Shown here in pieces: positions 24,987 to 38,207 of a DNA stretch of 64,000 bases. A model generated the notes under the pieces. The model had not been told where the DNA came from. It made no database searches and saw nothing but the letters and a program-made list of their open reading frames with translations. Source of the stretch: Camelus ferus (lineage: Eukaryota); assembly GCF_009834535.1 (NCBI RefSeq), contig NC_045696.1, forward strand, positions 54,996,001 through 55,060,000, in the 5' to 3' direction. Made by a program: the position numbers and the translations under genes. Every line of letters begins with the position of its first letter. Positions within the stretch are counted from its first letter, which is position 1.

Positions 24987-26949
24987 ACACATCAAATTTT
25001 TCGTAATCTTAAAATTCATTTTAGGCATGCATTACACCATCAAGAGTGCTTCTGTAGCTCACTGAATGTTGTGTAACATGCTAAGTGGGTAGACTGTATG
25101 GTCGGTGCTGTCTGTACTGAAGCAATATAGCAGCAACAGAATTTCTTTCAAAAGTCAAGTTTAAGAAGAACTACCACTTGACTTGTAACATTAAGATCAT
25201 GCTTGAAACAATTAACAATTTTAAGTAACTACAAGATACATCTTACACACAGAGTACATTTGGTCATCCTACTAGCATTTGCAAATGCATATTTCATTTG
25301 ACAGCATTTGCAAAACCCTTTTATCACCTCAAAATAACTTGTGGAATGTACAGACTTCCAAGTGTTAAAAGTTAGTCTTACAAATTTTTTGCATGTAAAA
25401 GTACAATTTGGCTTATATATAAAAGTAAAGCTGTAGTCCATACTGATGTTGTTGTTGCATCTTCTCAAAATCAGTCATGAAAATTCCTGCTTCTACAGTC
25501 TTCACTAAACTTTTGAGGTTGTGAAGGCAGTTTTGCCACAAACCTAGCAATTACAAGAATTCAATTATTATAGTGTATTTTTTAGGTATTATTATGTTTT
25601 AATAGTATTATTATGCCAAGAAGTGCTGTGGCACAATTTTTGTGGACTTATGCTTCCTTATTTGATTTTCTATAGTCAAGATTTTTATTTACATATTCAG
25701 GAAAAATGTTATTTGGTTAAATAACTCAGAAGAGTAATGAAGGTCTTTGCTCAACTATTTTGTTTCTACTGTTTTCTCTGATTGTGAAACTCTACTGACA
25801 TATTACTACAGATGTCAAAATGAAAAAATAAAAACATATAACTTAGACAAATGTAAACCCATCTTTCAGACCCTTTGTGAATTTCTCAAGCCTATACTAC
25901 TGAAATGAATCAAAGCTCTGACTCCCTTCTGATTCCAGGCTGTTATACTTGCTCTTATTTTTCTTTGTCTCATGTCATATAAGAAACCAGAAAAATAAAC
26001 TTAAATTTCACTGTTGGAATAAATGATCAGGGTTCAATCTTCTTCCCAGCCCATTGAAGCCTTATCAAAAGACATATATGAATCAACCCAAATTTTGATT
26101 AGGAAACGTTAAGTGAAAATACACAGGGATAGAACTCTTCTTCCTTCTCTTGTGAAAATCTGAATCCTGTCCTCCAGAGATTCCCAACCTATAGCAGAAA
26201 TGCCTTTTGCTTTACATCTATTTTTAAGGTGTTACAGAAAGAAAACACATATACTAAAAAATCAAAAATTCTTATAATTATGTTGTATTAAACTACATTG
26301 CTAGAAATAAATTTAATTCAGATATAAGTTAGATCCAAAGTCTTATTTTCTAAATAAAAATAAAAGGTATAAATGTATTTTACAAAAATAAAAGATGATA
26401 GCTAGCAAAGTGAATTACATAACACCTGGCATATATAAAAGATAAAACAGGATACAGGTAGTTTTGAAGAAATCTGAAAAACAAACAACTGAAAATAGCA
26501 AGAAAACTGAAAAACATCATCAGTGTTACAAAACATACATGAAAGTTATTTCAAAGCAAGATGGCAAAATATAATCAGACTAAATATTGTGAAATGTGGA
26601 TTCCACAGTTCAGTAGGAATTTCTGAGATTTCTCATTTCACACCAGGATCACTCATTCTTTAGTCTCTAGATTTCTGTTGTCTTACTCTGAAGAAAAGCA
26701 AGGTACTAAAAAATTATGTGTTGCTTATTCCAAACTCCAATTGTAAGGTATCAATATCTACTCATACAATAAATTATACATAAGTGTAATTAACATATGT
26801 TCACAGAAAACATTGAAAAAGTTCTGAGAAAATCTCCTTCATGGTGCAGAACTGGCAACGGGCATAGCAGCTACTGTGAGAGGGGAATGGAAGAGCACAA
26901 AAGATTAGCTGCAAGAATTGGGACTATGTTAGTGAAAGGTCATATTACA

Positions 26950-29900
26950 CTCCATGTGAAGCAGTACTTGAAACAATAAGGAAATATTACACTGAATGTG
27001 TGTCTGTAAGTTTGACAAAGTCACTAAAATGGACCAGCTCCTTGCAAGATATATACTTACCATACCTCACTTAAGGAAAAAATGATCACCTCAGGAGTAC
27101 TATATTATTGAAGAAATTTATTTCATAATTTGATAACTTCAAACAAAGTAAACTCCATATCCAGATGGTGTTACTAGCAAATTCTACCAAATATTTAAGA
27201 AAGGAAAAAATACCAATTCTATACAAACACTTCAAGATTTGAAAATCAATCATGTGTACCCTATTAACTGACCAAAGTAGAAAAATCACAAAAATATTTC
27301 AATAGAGGGAGAAAAAGCATGTGACAAAATTCAACATTCACTCATAATAAAAACTCAGTAAATGATGAATGATAAAAAGATGTCTACATGAAACTTATGA
27401 CTAATACCATATGTAATGGTGAAGGAATGAATGCTTTTCACATAAGATTGGGAACAAAGCAAAGATGTCCTCTCTCTGTACTACAATTCAAAACTGTAAT
27501 ATAAATCCTAGCCAATATCACAGGGCAAGGAAACCAAATAAAAAAAACATATTGATTGGAAAGAAAGAAATTGAATTGTCCCTACCTACATATATGTCTA
27601 CACAGAAAAGCCTAAAGAACTTACAAATAAACCCCTAGAAATAATACAGGAACTTAGCAAAGGCACAGGATAGGCAAAAATCCACTATATTTCTATATAC
27701 TAGCAATGAACATTTGGAATCTTAAATTTTAAAATGCCACTTAAAATACCACCAAAAGTGAAAGACTTTAATTTTAATCTATCAAATCCATGTTCAGGAC
27801 TTTATGATGAAAACTATAGAACACTAGGAAAAAATTAAAGAAGACTTAAGTAAATGGACAAAGATACTGTGTTCCTCGATTGGGAAACTCAATACTGATA
27901 AGATATCAATTCATTCCTTCATTAATAAAATACATATCAACAAGCTGATTTTAAAATGTACATGGAAATGTAAAGGAAATAGAATAGTAAAAATATTTTG
28001 GACCAAGGGCAACAAAGTTGGATGTCTCATACTATTGGAAATCAAGACTTAGCATAAAACTACAGTAGTCAGGAAAATGTGGTTTGGCAAAAGAATTAGC
28101 ACAAAGATCAATGGAACTGAATAGAGCCCAGAGATAGATCCACATAAATACAGTCATATATTTTAACCAAAGTGCAAAACCAATTTATTGAAGAAAGAAC
28201 AATCATTTCAACAAATGGTACTAGAACAATTACACATCCATATGCATGAAAATAAACCTCAAACATAACTCAAATGTTTTACACAAAATAACTCACAATA
28301 GATTACAGACCTAAAAGTAAAAAGTAAAACTATAAAACTTCTAGAAGAAAATATTGGGAAATATTTTCATGAACTTGAATTTGGCAAAAAATTTTAGATG
28401 TGACACCAAAAACATAATCCATAAAGTAAAAACTGATAAACTGTATTTCATCAAAATTGTAGTTGCTCCATGAAATGCACCGTTAAGAGAATGAAAGGAA
28501 AGCTACAGACTGGCAGAAAATATTTGAAAACCGTGAATCTGATAAAGGACTTGAATTAATAATATGCAAAGAACTGTCAAAACTCAACAATGAGAAAACA
28601 TCTCAGTAAAAATGGGCAAAAGTTCTGAAAAGACATTTAAACATAGAAATATGCAGATAGTAAATAATTATAGAAAAAGATGCTCAACATCATTAGCCAT
28701 TAGGGAAATGCAACTTGAAACCCCAATGAGACAATAACTACACACCTATTACAATGACTATATTTAAAAACAAACAAAACAAGTGCCAGTCAGGATGCAG
28801 AACAAATGGAACTATCATTCATTGTTTGTAGTACTGCAAAATGATAAAGCCACTTTAGAAAACAGGAAGGCTTTTTTTTCTTTTAATAAATTAAGCATAC
28901 ACTTGCCCTACAAACCAGCAATCCTACTCCTAGTCATTTACTCAAGTCAAATGAAAACTTACGTTAATACAAAAATCTGTACATAAATATTTATAGAAGC
29001 TTCATCCATAATTACAAGGCCCTGAAAACAACCCTGATGTACTTCAAGAAGTGAATGATAAGCAAACAATTCCATGCAATGGAATGCAGCACAACAATGA
29101 AAAGGAAAAACTGATCCATGAATCTTAAATGAAGTTTAATAAGTCAAAGTGGAAAGACCCCTCCAAATCTACATATTGTATGAGTCTGTTCATGTAAAAT
29201 TTTAGAAAAGCCAAAACTATTGATACTTAGATAAGTGTTCCCAGGGTTGTATGAAGAATGAGTTGACTAAAAAGAGGTAGCAAAAGAAATCTGGGGGGTG
29301 ATGGAAATGTTCTCTTTGGTAATCTCTGCATTTTTTAGAAACCACAGAACTGCATACCACAAAAAGTGAATCTTACTGCACTTACATTTTAAAATATCAA
29401 CCAGACTGTGTGGAGGACTACAGATGGAATGCAGACTGTGACAAATGCAATAAACTGTAATTCAAATGAATGATGTAACCACACTGAAGTTGTTCCGAAG
29501 AAATGAGTTGACCTAAGTGACTTTGAAAAATCATTGTTTTGACTGGATATTACAATATTAAATAAAAAAAGAACTGTACACAAGGACTGTGGTAACCTGT
29601 TTTTCACAGTGCTATGCATTAATAATCCTGGAACTACTTTGTATGTATACTAGGTTAAACAATAAGTAAACACATTACAGATATTAACAGCCAGGTTTCT
29701 CACTGTTGGAGGAAGAAGTTACAAATAAGCAAAGGTGGGCTGCCAGAATGAACCCTGGGTTGCTAGATCGGACTTAGAGGTAAGGGAGTGTCCTCATGGA
29801 GTATTGGGAGAGGGGATTTTTTTAAAAATAGCTATTCAGATAGATTGACACATTAATAAATATTTAGGTAGTATGTGTAAAAGTCTCGTAGATATACAGA

Positions 29901-30985
29901 TATTTCTTAGCTCTGTCTGCTGAGAGCAAGGATACCTTAGTAGCAATATGCACACTTAGCACCTGGATCTTGGTTTATAAATAACTATTTTCCTACAAAA
30001 GCAATCAGGCTCCTTACAGAAGTGGTTGATTCCAGAGCCAGGGTAAAGAAAATCCAACATAAGCCTGCAAGATCTAGTGGTCTAGAAAGTAAGGAAGTGC
30101 TCAAAAAGTGGGGAAGAGAATGAGAATATATAAAAAAGACTCAGGAGCCAACCTACAAGAGCACTTGAGGGCCAGAATTAGAAAGTTCTGAACAAAAATA
30201 TAAATAATGATAGTATTGGATTGTGAACAAAGAATAAATATCCATGAAACCATATTGACAGAAATAAATGATTGAAGTAATAAATTAAGGGAGGAGCAGG
30301 AACAGCTTTTCATTATAGAAGCATTACAATCACTAAATGTAGAAGGAATCACAGAAATCAAATGTTAGCATTAGAACAAGGTTTACTGATGAAAATTTAC
30401 GAACAAGATACTCGCATAGTCTCAAAGCATTTCCTCCGAATACTTACTAATTATGAAGAAAAAATTAGTAACTTTACAGTGGAGAAACCTGGAAGACACT
30501 AACTCAACTAGGTTAACATCACCAGTAGTAAGTCCCATCGACATTATGGAAACCCTAATACACTGCATTAAGAGAGCTACATCACCTCTGTGGAATGCTT
30601 GCTAAAGATGCAAACCTAGGCCTAATTAAACAAAAAAAGCAGGCAAATCCAAACCAAGAAACATTTTACAACTGATCACTACTCTCCAAAACTTTTAAGT
30701 TCGCCAAAGTGAAGGAAAGACTGAGGAAGCGTCAGTATTAGAGGAAACTAAAGAGATATGACCACTAAGTGCAGTAGAGATTCTAGACTGAATCCTAAAA
30801 CATAAAAGGGACATTAATTGAAAGACAGGTGAAAATTAACGTATGTAATTTAGAAAATAGTACTGATAATTGTACGGTGATTACACAAGATGTTAACCTA
30901 CAGAGAAGCCAAGTGAAGTGTAAATAGGAACTCTCTGTACTATTTTTGCAATTCATTCATAAATCTAAATTATTTCAAAATAACA
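26950..30985 (+). mobile_element. Old L1 (L1MC/L1MD-like) ORF2 3' half with long 3' UTR
   Basis: ORF2 phrases aagattgggaacaaagcaaagatgtcc and HLPYKPAILLLVIYS; 3' UTR gatggaatgcagactgtgaca...ggaactctctgtactatttttgcaa...aaatctaaattatttcaaaataa. Confidence 0.85.
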
Positions 30986-31109
30986 AGTCTTTTTCTTAAT
31001 TAGGTCAACTAGAATTCCAGGTAGCATCAGGAGGAAAAACTATTATAAGCAAACATCTAAGACACAGGATCTGTCTTCTAGAATAGTCAAGAGGTCCTAA
31101 ATCCTGAAT

Positions 31110-31326
31110 CCTGAGGTATGTGGACTGGGTTTCATTAATTCTATAACTACTGGATTTTCCATAACAATCTTGGGTTTTCCCTGCCCTAGCTCTGGAATCA
31201 AACACTTTTTCAAGGAGCCTAGTTCCTTTTACTGGAGAATGGTACTGATAAACCAAGAACTAGATGCTGGGTAAAGTCATCGCTATCAAGGTATTATTAG
31301 TCTCGGCAGACAAAACTAGGAAATAC
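31110..31326 (-). mobile_element. L1MC/MD-like 3' UTR fragment, antisense
   Basis: Diverged reverse complement of the type of segment at ~29900-30080 (ctctggaatcaa...aaggagcc...ataaaccaaga). Confidence 0.7.
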
Positions 31327-31639
31327 CTCTTTTCAACATTAGCTTCACAACACAAAAGTAACCATAAGCCTGGAGGATATGTTCCCCAAGTCAAGAGTCT
31401 GAAGAAACACTAGATGATTTTCTACTGGTGGTCAACCAAGAGGAGTACGGGAATAGAACCACACATATTTGTTAAAAAAAAAAAAAAAAAGATTGGAAAA
31501 AATAAACATGAAAGAATAATAAAAGATATGTAATTGAACAAAAGAAGAAGGGCAAACCACTACTATTACACCTCAGAAAAGTAGACACAGGAAGAAATGT
31601 CACATTCTAGCAATATCTAAGTTTAATATTCACCATCTC

Positions 31640-32165
31640 CTGTCCCCAAAATTCAGTGAACCTATGTTGCACTCCAACTGAAGACAAAGCTCTTCAGCTG
31701 GATATTCAACATATTGCATGATCTGGTCCCAGTGCTTTCACTTTTATTACCCAAGACCTTCTTGTCATACACTGTACCCTAGGCACACCGGACTAAGCCC
31801 TGTAGCATCTCTCGCCCCTCTGCCCTTACTTGTATTGTTCCCTCTACATGGAAATTTCTCTACTGGTCAATAAACAACTCAGACTTCAGGTCCACACTAG
31901 ATGCCCTCTCCTTTCTGAAGTCTATACTGTTTTCTCTAATTTAATGTGGTCTCTCCCTCCTTTGAACCCTCTAGCAGTTTCTTTCAATTCCTTTCATGTT
32001 CTAATGTGTGTTGTTGTTTGTATCTCGCCCCGTCCCCGCCCAACAATATTTACTTCTTTAGAGAAAGGCACTCTTACCTACTTATCTTAACATCCCCAGA
32101 GGGATCAGTATTATTTCTACCAGGTACGTGTTCCTTCAATAAGGAATTGCAGAATAATTTAATGA
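31640..32165 (+). mobile_element. L2 3' fragment
   Basis: atgatctggtcccag...atgccctctcctttctgaag...ccttcaataaggaattgcagaataatttaatgaa. Confidence 0.55.
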
Positions 32166-32250
32166 ACTACCCGAAGCTGGACTCAAGCTTGAAAAAAATC
32201 ATCAAGTAATGACTATTTCTACCACAGATTCCTTCACTCCGAAACAGTCT

Positions 32251-32730
32251 TAGATTTTCTTGATCATAATTTTTGGTCAAGGGAAGATCACATTATCATT
32301 TCAGTGAGCATGGTTCTATCCCCAGAGAATTCTAGTGGGAGTCACTAATTCTGTTGCTAGGGGAACTGCTGGACCAATTTTAGAATAGAAGGGCCCAGTT
32401 TGCCGATGACTTCCAATAGCCACAGCAGGAGTTAGTTTCTTTTTCCTTTGTCGCTGAGGAGAGAGTACTGTGGAATGGAAAAAAAGAAAAGTGGCTCCAG
32501 TGTGTGATACAAATCGAAAGAATTTGTCCCTACCACCCCCCAAGCCAAGGGAGGTACATGTATCTTCCTTGATGCGGAAGGGAGAGGCTGGGGTACCTTC
32601 TTTGATGCAGAAGGGGAGGCTGGGGTCTACGTGATGGGAAGAAGCTTCAGAGTGAGGTCAAGATAGGGATAGAACCATGCTCACATAATGTGATCTTCCT
32701 TTGTCCAAAAATTATGGTCAAGAAAATCTA
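32251..32730. repeat. Long inverted repeat: arms 32251-32322 and 32666-32730, 343-bp spacer
   Basis: Reverse complement of the right arm matches the left arm at 62 of 65 positions, plus a 7-nt insertion (catttca) in the left arm. Confidence 0.95.
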
Positions 32731-33109
32731 TGGGGATTTAACTGAGTCCTGGTCTGTCTGGTCTTTGTGCCAAGAGAACTGGTGGGAGGTGAGCAGAGAG
32801 AGCAGGGCCCTTGTGAACGGAGTATACAGTGGACACACACTGCTGTGGGTAGTGTTACCGGGCAGACACCCAGTATGGTTCCTCTGGAAATTAAAAAGAG
32901 TATCCAGAAAAGAGCCCATGGTCTTGCTTTCTTCTCAGCAAGAATCACTCTCATCTCTCTTCCCCTCTGAGACCTTGGTCGCCCCAAGGACATTTCACTG
33001 GAAGCAGAATCCAGGACTGGACTCAGTCCTGCACAGGGACAAGGAGCAGTAGACTTCTGCTCTTGTCTCCTTCCTTCTTCTGTCCCAGAGACCACACTGC
33101 TAATAGTCA

Positions 33110-33600
33110 TTTTTTAAACCTCTTTTATCTGTAATATTACAAATGTACAGAAAAGTACATAAGGCATACATGTGTAATTTAATGAACTGTAAATGAAACA
33201 CCTGTTTAACTTTTCTCCAAGTCAAGAAATTGAATATTAACAGGATTCCAGAAGCCCTCAGCATGTTCCTTCTCAAACAAAATCCTTTCCTTCCTCCCTA
33301 GCAGTACCAATATACCGAATTCTATGGAATTCAATTTCTGTGTATTTATTCAATAGTTTTACTACTGAATTGGACATTCCTGAACAGTGTAGTTTGATTT
33401 TACCTGTTTTCAGAGGTTTATATAAGGAGAATAATAAAGTACTTATTATAATATGTTTGGCTTGTTTAATTCAATATTATGTCTCACAGTTCACTCTTGT
33501 ATGTATCTATAATTCATCATGTTCATTGCAGTATGACATTGATTGCATGTCTCTGTTACAGCTTATTCATTCTGTTCTTAATGGACACTCAGGCATTCCT
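33110..33600 (-). mobile_element. L1ME-like 3' end
   Basis: tacagaaaagtacataaggcatac...caagtcaagaaattgaatattaacaggattccagaagccc. Confidence 0.65.
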
Positions 33601-34933
33601 CTGGTTAGTTTTGTGAAGAGGAGTACATAAGGCTACATATTCATCACCAACTGTTCAAGAGCATTGTAATGTATTTCTGAATCAAGACCTCGAGGGTTAC
33701 GTATCAGAGCTCTGTATGAAGTGTGTATGCCAAGACCACTAACCTTACAAGTTTTTTGCTGTATTACGTGCACAAGATGAAGCACTACATGTTAGGAGAG
33801 CACATATCTGTAGGAGTTCTGTCAGGGCTACACCCAATGTTATACTCCTAAAACAGGTGTTCCTGGCCTGCATGCATGCATAAAGATGGAAACACAGGTT
33901 ATATCTCTTTTTTAAAAGACCTAAACACCAGAGAGGCATAGATTCTACTTTAGAACCACCACTGACTTTTAACACATTTTATATTAAACATTGTTATTTT
34001 AAGCTTCACTTCTGTTTCCCAAATCTGTTTTAGCAAATTTCTTCTCTCATGAGTTACCTTTTAATGAAAAGGGTTGATATAGGAGCGTCTAATGGCAAAT
34101 CAGATGTATGCAGACTTTCTGGAGCTTTTAATGCAGGAGAGATATAGACTTGGAGATGAAAATAGGAGTGAAATCAGAACCTCATTTGAGGCTTTGAATC
34201 AATGTGAGGCCACTTTTGGCTCAGTTGGGGACACCTCTGAATTTCTTCATAGTATATACAATTAAATCTCCTTGTTCACCTCAAATATTTTGAGGTGGAG
34301 TTTCTCACTTGTAACAGAGAGGCCTCCGACTAATACAGGGGGTCCAAAGTTATTGCTGGGAAGCAATTTAGAACTAGAGAACTCACTAATAATTTAAGCC
34401 CTTAGGTTTAGGTGTAGTGATGAACAGGCCATCCCTTTCTATTAAATTCTTATGATCTAATCACATTAATCCCTGGGGTATGAGACACTTTTCCTAGTGA
34501 AACTCCTGGTCTTTTGCATTACTTCTCAGCTAAGTCCTATATCCTTCACAAAAGACACTGCCTGTGAATTTACAGAGTTTCTTTAATAAGGCCTTAGTGG
34601 AGAGACTGCATCTCCTGAGAAGCAGAGCCATATGTCCAATTCTCAATCAGATATTTCTTTCACTCACTGAATTTTGATGAGACTCCACTATGTCTTACAG
34701 GCAAATCAAACCTAACATATCCAAAACTAATGCTCTCTGTATATGTTTTATATAATGTCCAGCCCTCCCTATTTCCTACTCTGAGTAGCATCAGCTTGGC
34801 ATTAGATAGAATCAAAAAAGTTATCACCATTCCTTCAACGAAGAAACCAAGTATTTCTAAGTCGTCACCTTAAGATATCTCATATGCATCCTACACTCTC
34901 AATGTTTTCTTGCTTCCACCTAAGTTAAGGTCC

Positions 34934-35283
34934 TACTATGGTCTGAATGTGTGTACCCCTAAAACTCACATGCTGAACCCTAATCTCCAGTGTGATAGTA
35001 TTTGGAAGTGAGGCCTTTGGGAGATGATTAGGTCATGACAATGGAGCTCTCATGACTGGGATTTGTGCCTTTGTAAAAGAGACCCCAGAAAGATCCCTCG
35101 CCCCTTCCAGCAGGACACAGAGAAAAGACACTGTCTATAAACCAAGAAGTGGGCTTCAGGCAAACACTAAATATGTGAGCAACTTGATCTTAGACCTCTT
35201 AGCTTCCACAACTGTAAAATAAATGTTTATAAGCCACCCAGGTTATGATATTTTGTTATAATAACCCCAAACAGACTAAGAAA
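34934..35283 (+). mobile_element. MLT1A-type MaLR solo LTR
   Basis: tactatggtctgaatgtgtgtacccc...gaggcctttgggagatgattaggtcatga...acagactaaga; TSD ggtcc/agtcc. Confidence 0.9.
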
Positions 35284-36032
35284 AGTCCTAATCATCTCTT
35301 ATGAGCCACAGAAGTCACATCCTGACTTGTCTCTGATCCTTTACTTACATTAAATTTACTAGAAAACTCTGTGAATTTCACTGCCTCAGTAATTGTCACC
35401 ACTATACTGTGAACCAGTCAGATTCACCTGTATTAACTCATAAAACTGCCCAAATACAGTCATGACGTAGATATTATTATTCCCAACTTCCAGATGGGAA
35501 AAACAAAGGCTCTGTGATGTAAATCATTAATATGTTGAATATTCAGAATTAGAAACCAAATCTTTTCCATCCCAAACCAGACTTTATTAGGCTGCACAGC
35601 CTCCTAGCCATGTCACTGTCAAACAACCAGACAAAAAAAAAAGAGGAAGGGGAGGATAAGACAGATGTTTCTTGTGAGAGCAGGACAAGGGTTTTTAAAA
35701 GAGCAGTTTGAAAAGTGGTACAAATACACAGAAAAACGCAATTACTTGGAGGTATAATTTAGTGAGGTCCACAGAATAAGGTGGCAGGAAAGAGATACTG
35801 GTGGTACATTTCATTGCACAAGTCTCACGATGTGAAACTGCCCACTGCTGAGACTGCTGAAAGGAATGTCAGGAGGCATGCCTATCACATTAATGGAATG
35901 CTTTTTGAATCAGATGCTGGTATTGTTGGTCATGCCTTTAATATATAACAGGGAAGAAAAATATGCTCACAGATTACTTACCTGTTAAATATGATAGACT
36001 ATTCTTCAATTTCAAGAGAGCCAGCAGGTAGC

Positions 36033-36124
36033 CTGTCAGAGCACATCACGAGTGTGACAGCTGTGAGTCAGACGAGGAACTGGCAGGGATAAGTGTGGTC
36101 AGAGGGAATACAGTTCTCAGATAA
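36033..36124. promoter_or_regulatory. Candidate enhancer: MEIS, E-box, AP-1, ETS, GATA and RUNX motif cluster
   Basis: CTGTCA 36033, TGACAG 36055, CAGCTG 36058, TGAGTCA 36064, GAGGAACT 36074, GATAAG 36088, TGTGGTC 36094, AGATAA 36119; motif evidence only. Confidence 0.35.
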
Positions 36125-36139
36125 AGAGTGGCTTTTTCA

Positions 36140-36938
36140 AAGTCCACAAATAATAAATGCTGGAGAGACAGGGTGTGGAAAAAAGAGAATCCTCCTACAC
36201 TGTTGGTGGGAATGTAGTTTGGTGTGGCCACTATGGAAAACAGTATGGAGATTCCTCAAAAAACTAAAGATAGACTTACCATATGATCCAGCAATCCCAC
36301 TCCTGGGCATACATCCAGAGAAAATTCTAATTTGAAAAGATACAGGCATCCCAATGTTCACAGCAGTAGTATTTACACTAGCCAAGACATGGACGCAACC
36401 TAAATGTCCATCAACAGATGACTAGATAAAGAAGATGAAGACACACACATGCACACACACACAATGGAATATTAGTCAGCCATAAAAAAGGAACAACATA
36501 ACACCATTTGCTACAACATGGATGGACCTAGAAATTATTCTACTAAGTCAGAGAAAGACAAATATATGGTATCACTTATATGTGAAATCTAAAAAATGAT
36601 ACAAATGAACTTATTTACAAAACAGAAACAGACTCACAGACATAGAAAACAAACTTATGGTTACCAGGGGGGAAGAGGGTGAGAAGGAATAAATTAGGAG
36701 GTCAAGATTTGCAGCTACTAACTGCTATACATAAAATAGATAAACAAGGTCCTAAAGTATAGTAGCACAGGGAACTACATTCAAAATCTTGCAATATTCT
36801 ATAATGAAAAAGAATATGAAAAAATGTGTGTACATATATAAATGTATGTGTTTGTGTGTGGAGGTGTTTAACTGAATCACTTTTCTGTATACCAGAATCT
36901 AACACATTGTAAATCAATTATACTTCAATGAAAAAAAA
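36140..36938 (+). mobile_element. 5'-truncated L1 (ORF2 C-terminus and 3' UTR)
   Basis: [42 protein letters not shown]; poly(A); TSD core AGTGGC(T/C)TTTTCA at 36127-36139 and 36939-36951. Confidence 0.95.
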
Positions 36939-38119
36939 AGTGGCCTTTTCAGAGATTAAGAAAAAAACACAGGACTGAGAACAAGTAAAACCACCTACAC
37001 TGAGTCGGATGAGCATAAACAAGCTGACATATTTACAAAAGACATTATGCCAGAGAATTAAACACAGCAAATAAGAATAAGCAAGTAAATAAGTGATTTA
37101 ATTGTTAAAAGTTTGTGAAGTTTTGTCTTTGAGTCAGGGAATATTACTAAATTACTTACTAGTGTTGTTCATCTATTATCTAAACATTAATGACAAAACT
37201 ATTTAAAAATAAACACATCAGAATCCTGACAGGAATAACACTGCAGCCAGCTAACTAATTCGATGACAAGACCGTACAGCCAGTCACCTGATGTCAGGGT
37301 CATGCCCTGAGGAACAACTCTTCAGAAGGAAGTTATTAAAAGTATCACCAGGAATGGCCTCCAATACCCTTGAATTTCTGCCACTCCTAGATGCATCATT
37401 GTTTATAACTCATTATTCTCTGCAATAAAAAAATTTTAATCCCAGATAATCTAGTTTATTGTTAATATTTGGTCTAGAAATCTATTATATGGTTATCATC
37501 ACAGTAAGTTTACTCTTCTAATTAACTGTTGGCCCCGTATTACTCAGTTTTAAATGAACGAGATAAAAACTGATACACAAAATGTTATCTGTTTTCTGTT
37601 TCCCTAACTTAGAAAAGTTCAGTTGAATACATTCTGTCTGAAAATGCATCTTCATGTTTTAATATCCTCTGAATCTCATCACCTGGAGCTGGGAAACTGT
37701 AATTTCCTCTAATATGGCTTTGCTCATCTTCTAAGTCACAGGGCCCTCCTATAAAGCATGAGTCTGCACTCGTCCCCATGCCCATCTGGTTAGGCAGCTT
37801 GTCCCTGCTCCTGCTCGAAGCGCTTCTTCACCTGCTGTGCTCCCACAGACCAGGCATTTCCACAGACTGGTGCTTCTAGAGGAAGCAGGTTTCTAGAGAA
37901 ACCTAACTTCTGAACTGAGTGGCTTGGGGATATTTACCACGGTACTATGTAAGTGAAGGCTGTGGCATGAATGAACACAAATCATGGAGCTGGTCCTGGG
38001 GGAGACAGACAAACAAGTCTTTAGCAGGATGGGCGTGAGCTTTGCCATTTTTGACATATCTGTGGATAAGAAAAGTCTTAGTGGAAGTTATTGGGGCTTT
38101 AACTGTGTCGAAAGATATA

Positions 38120-38207
38120 TTTAACTGATCATTTTGCATTGAGTTGAAACTAACGTAAATCAGCTACACTTCAATAAAAATAAGAATCTTTTAAAAAGAA
38201 AAAAAAA
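38120..38207 (+). mobile_element. Very short L1 3' tail
   Basis: aactgatcattttgc...gaaactaac...gtaaatcagctacacttcaataaaa followed by an A-rich tail. Confidence 0.6.

Noticed and set aside
32251..32730. Known Tigger/MER MITE or pre-miRNA
   Set aside because: The termini lack the CAG start I expect for those MITEs, and a 343-nt loop is far too large for a pre-miRNA. Kept as an unexplained finding.
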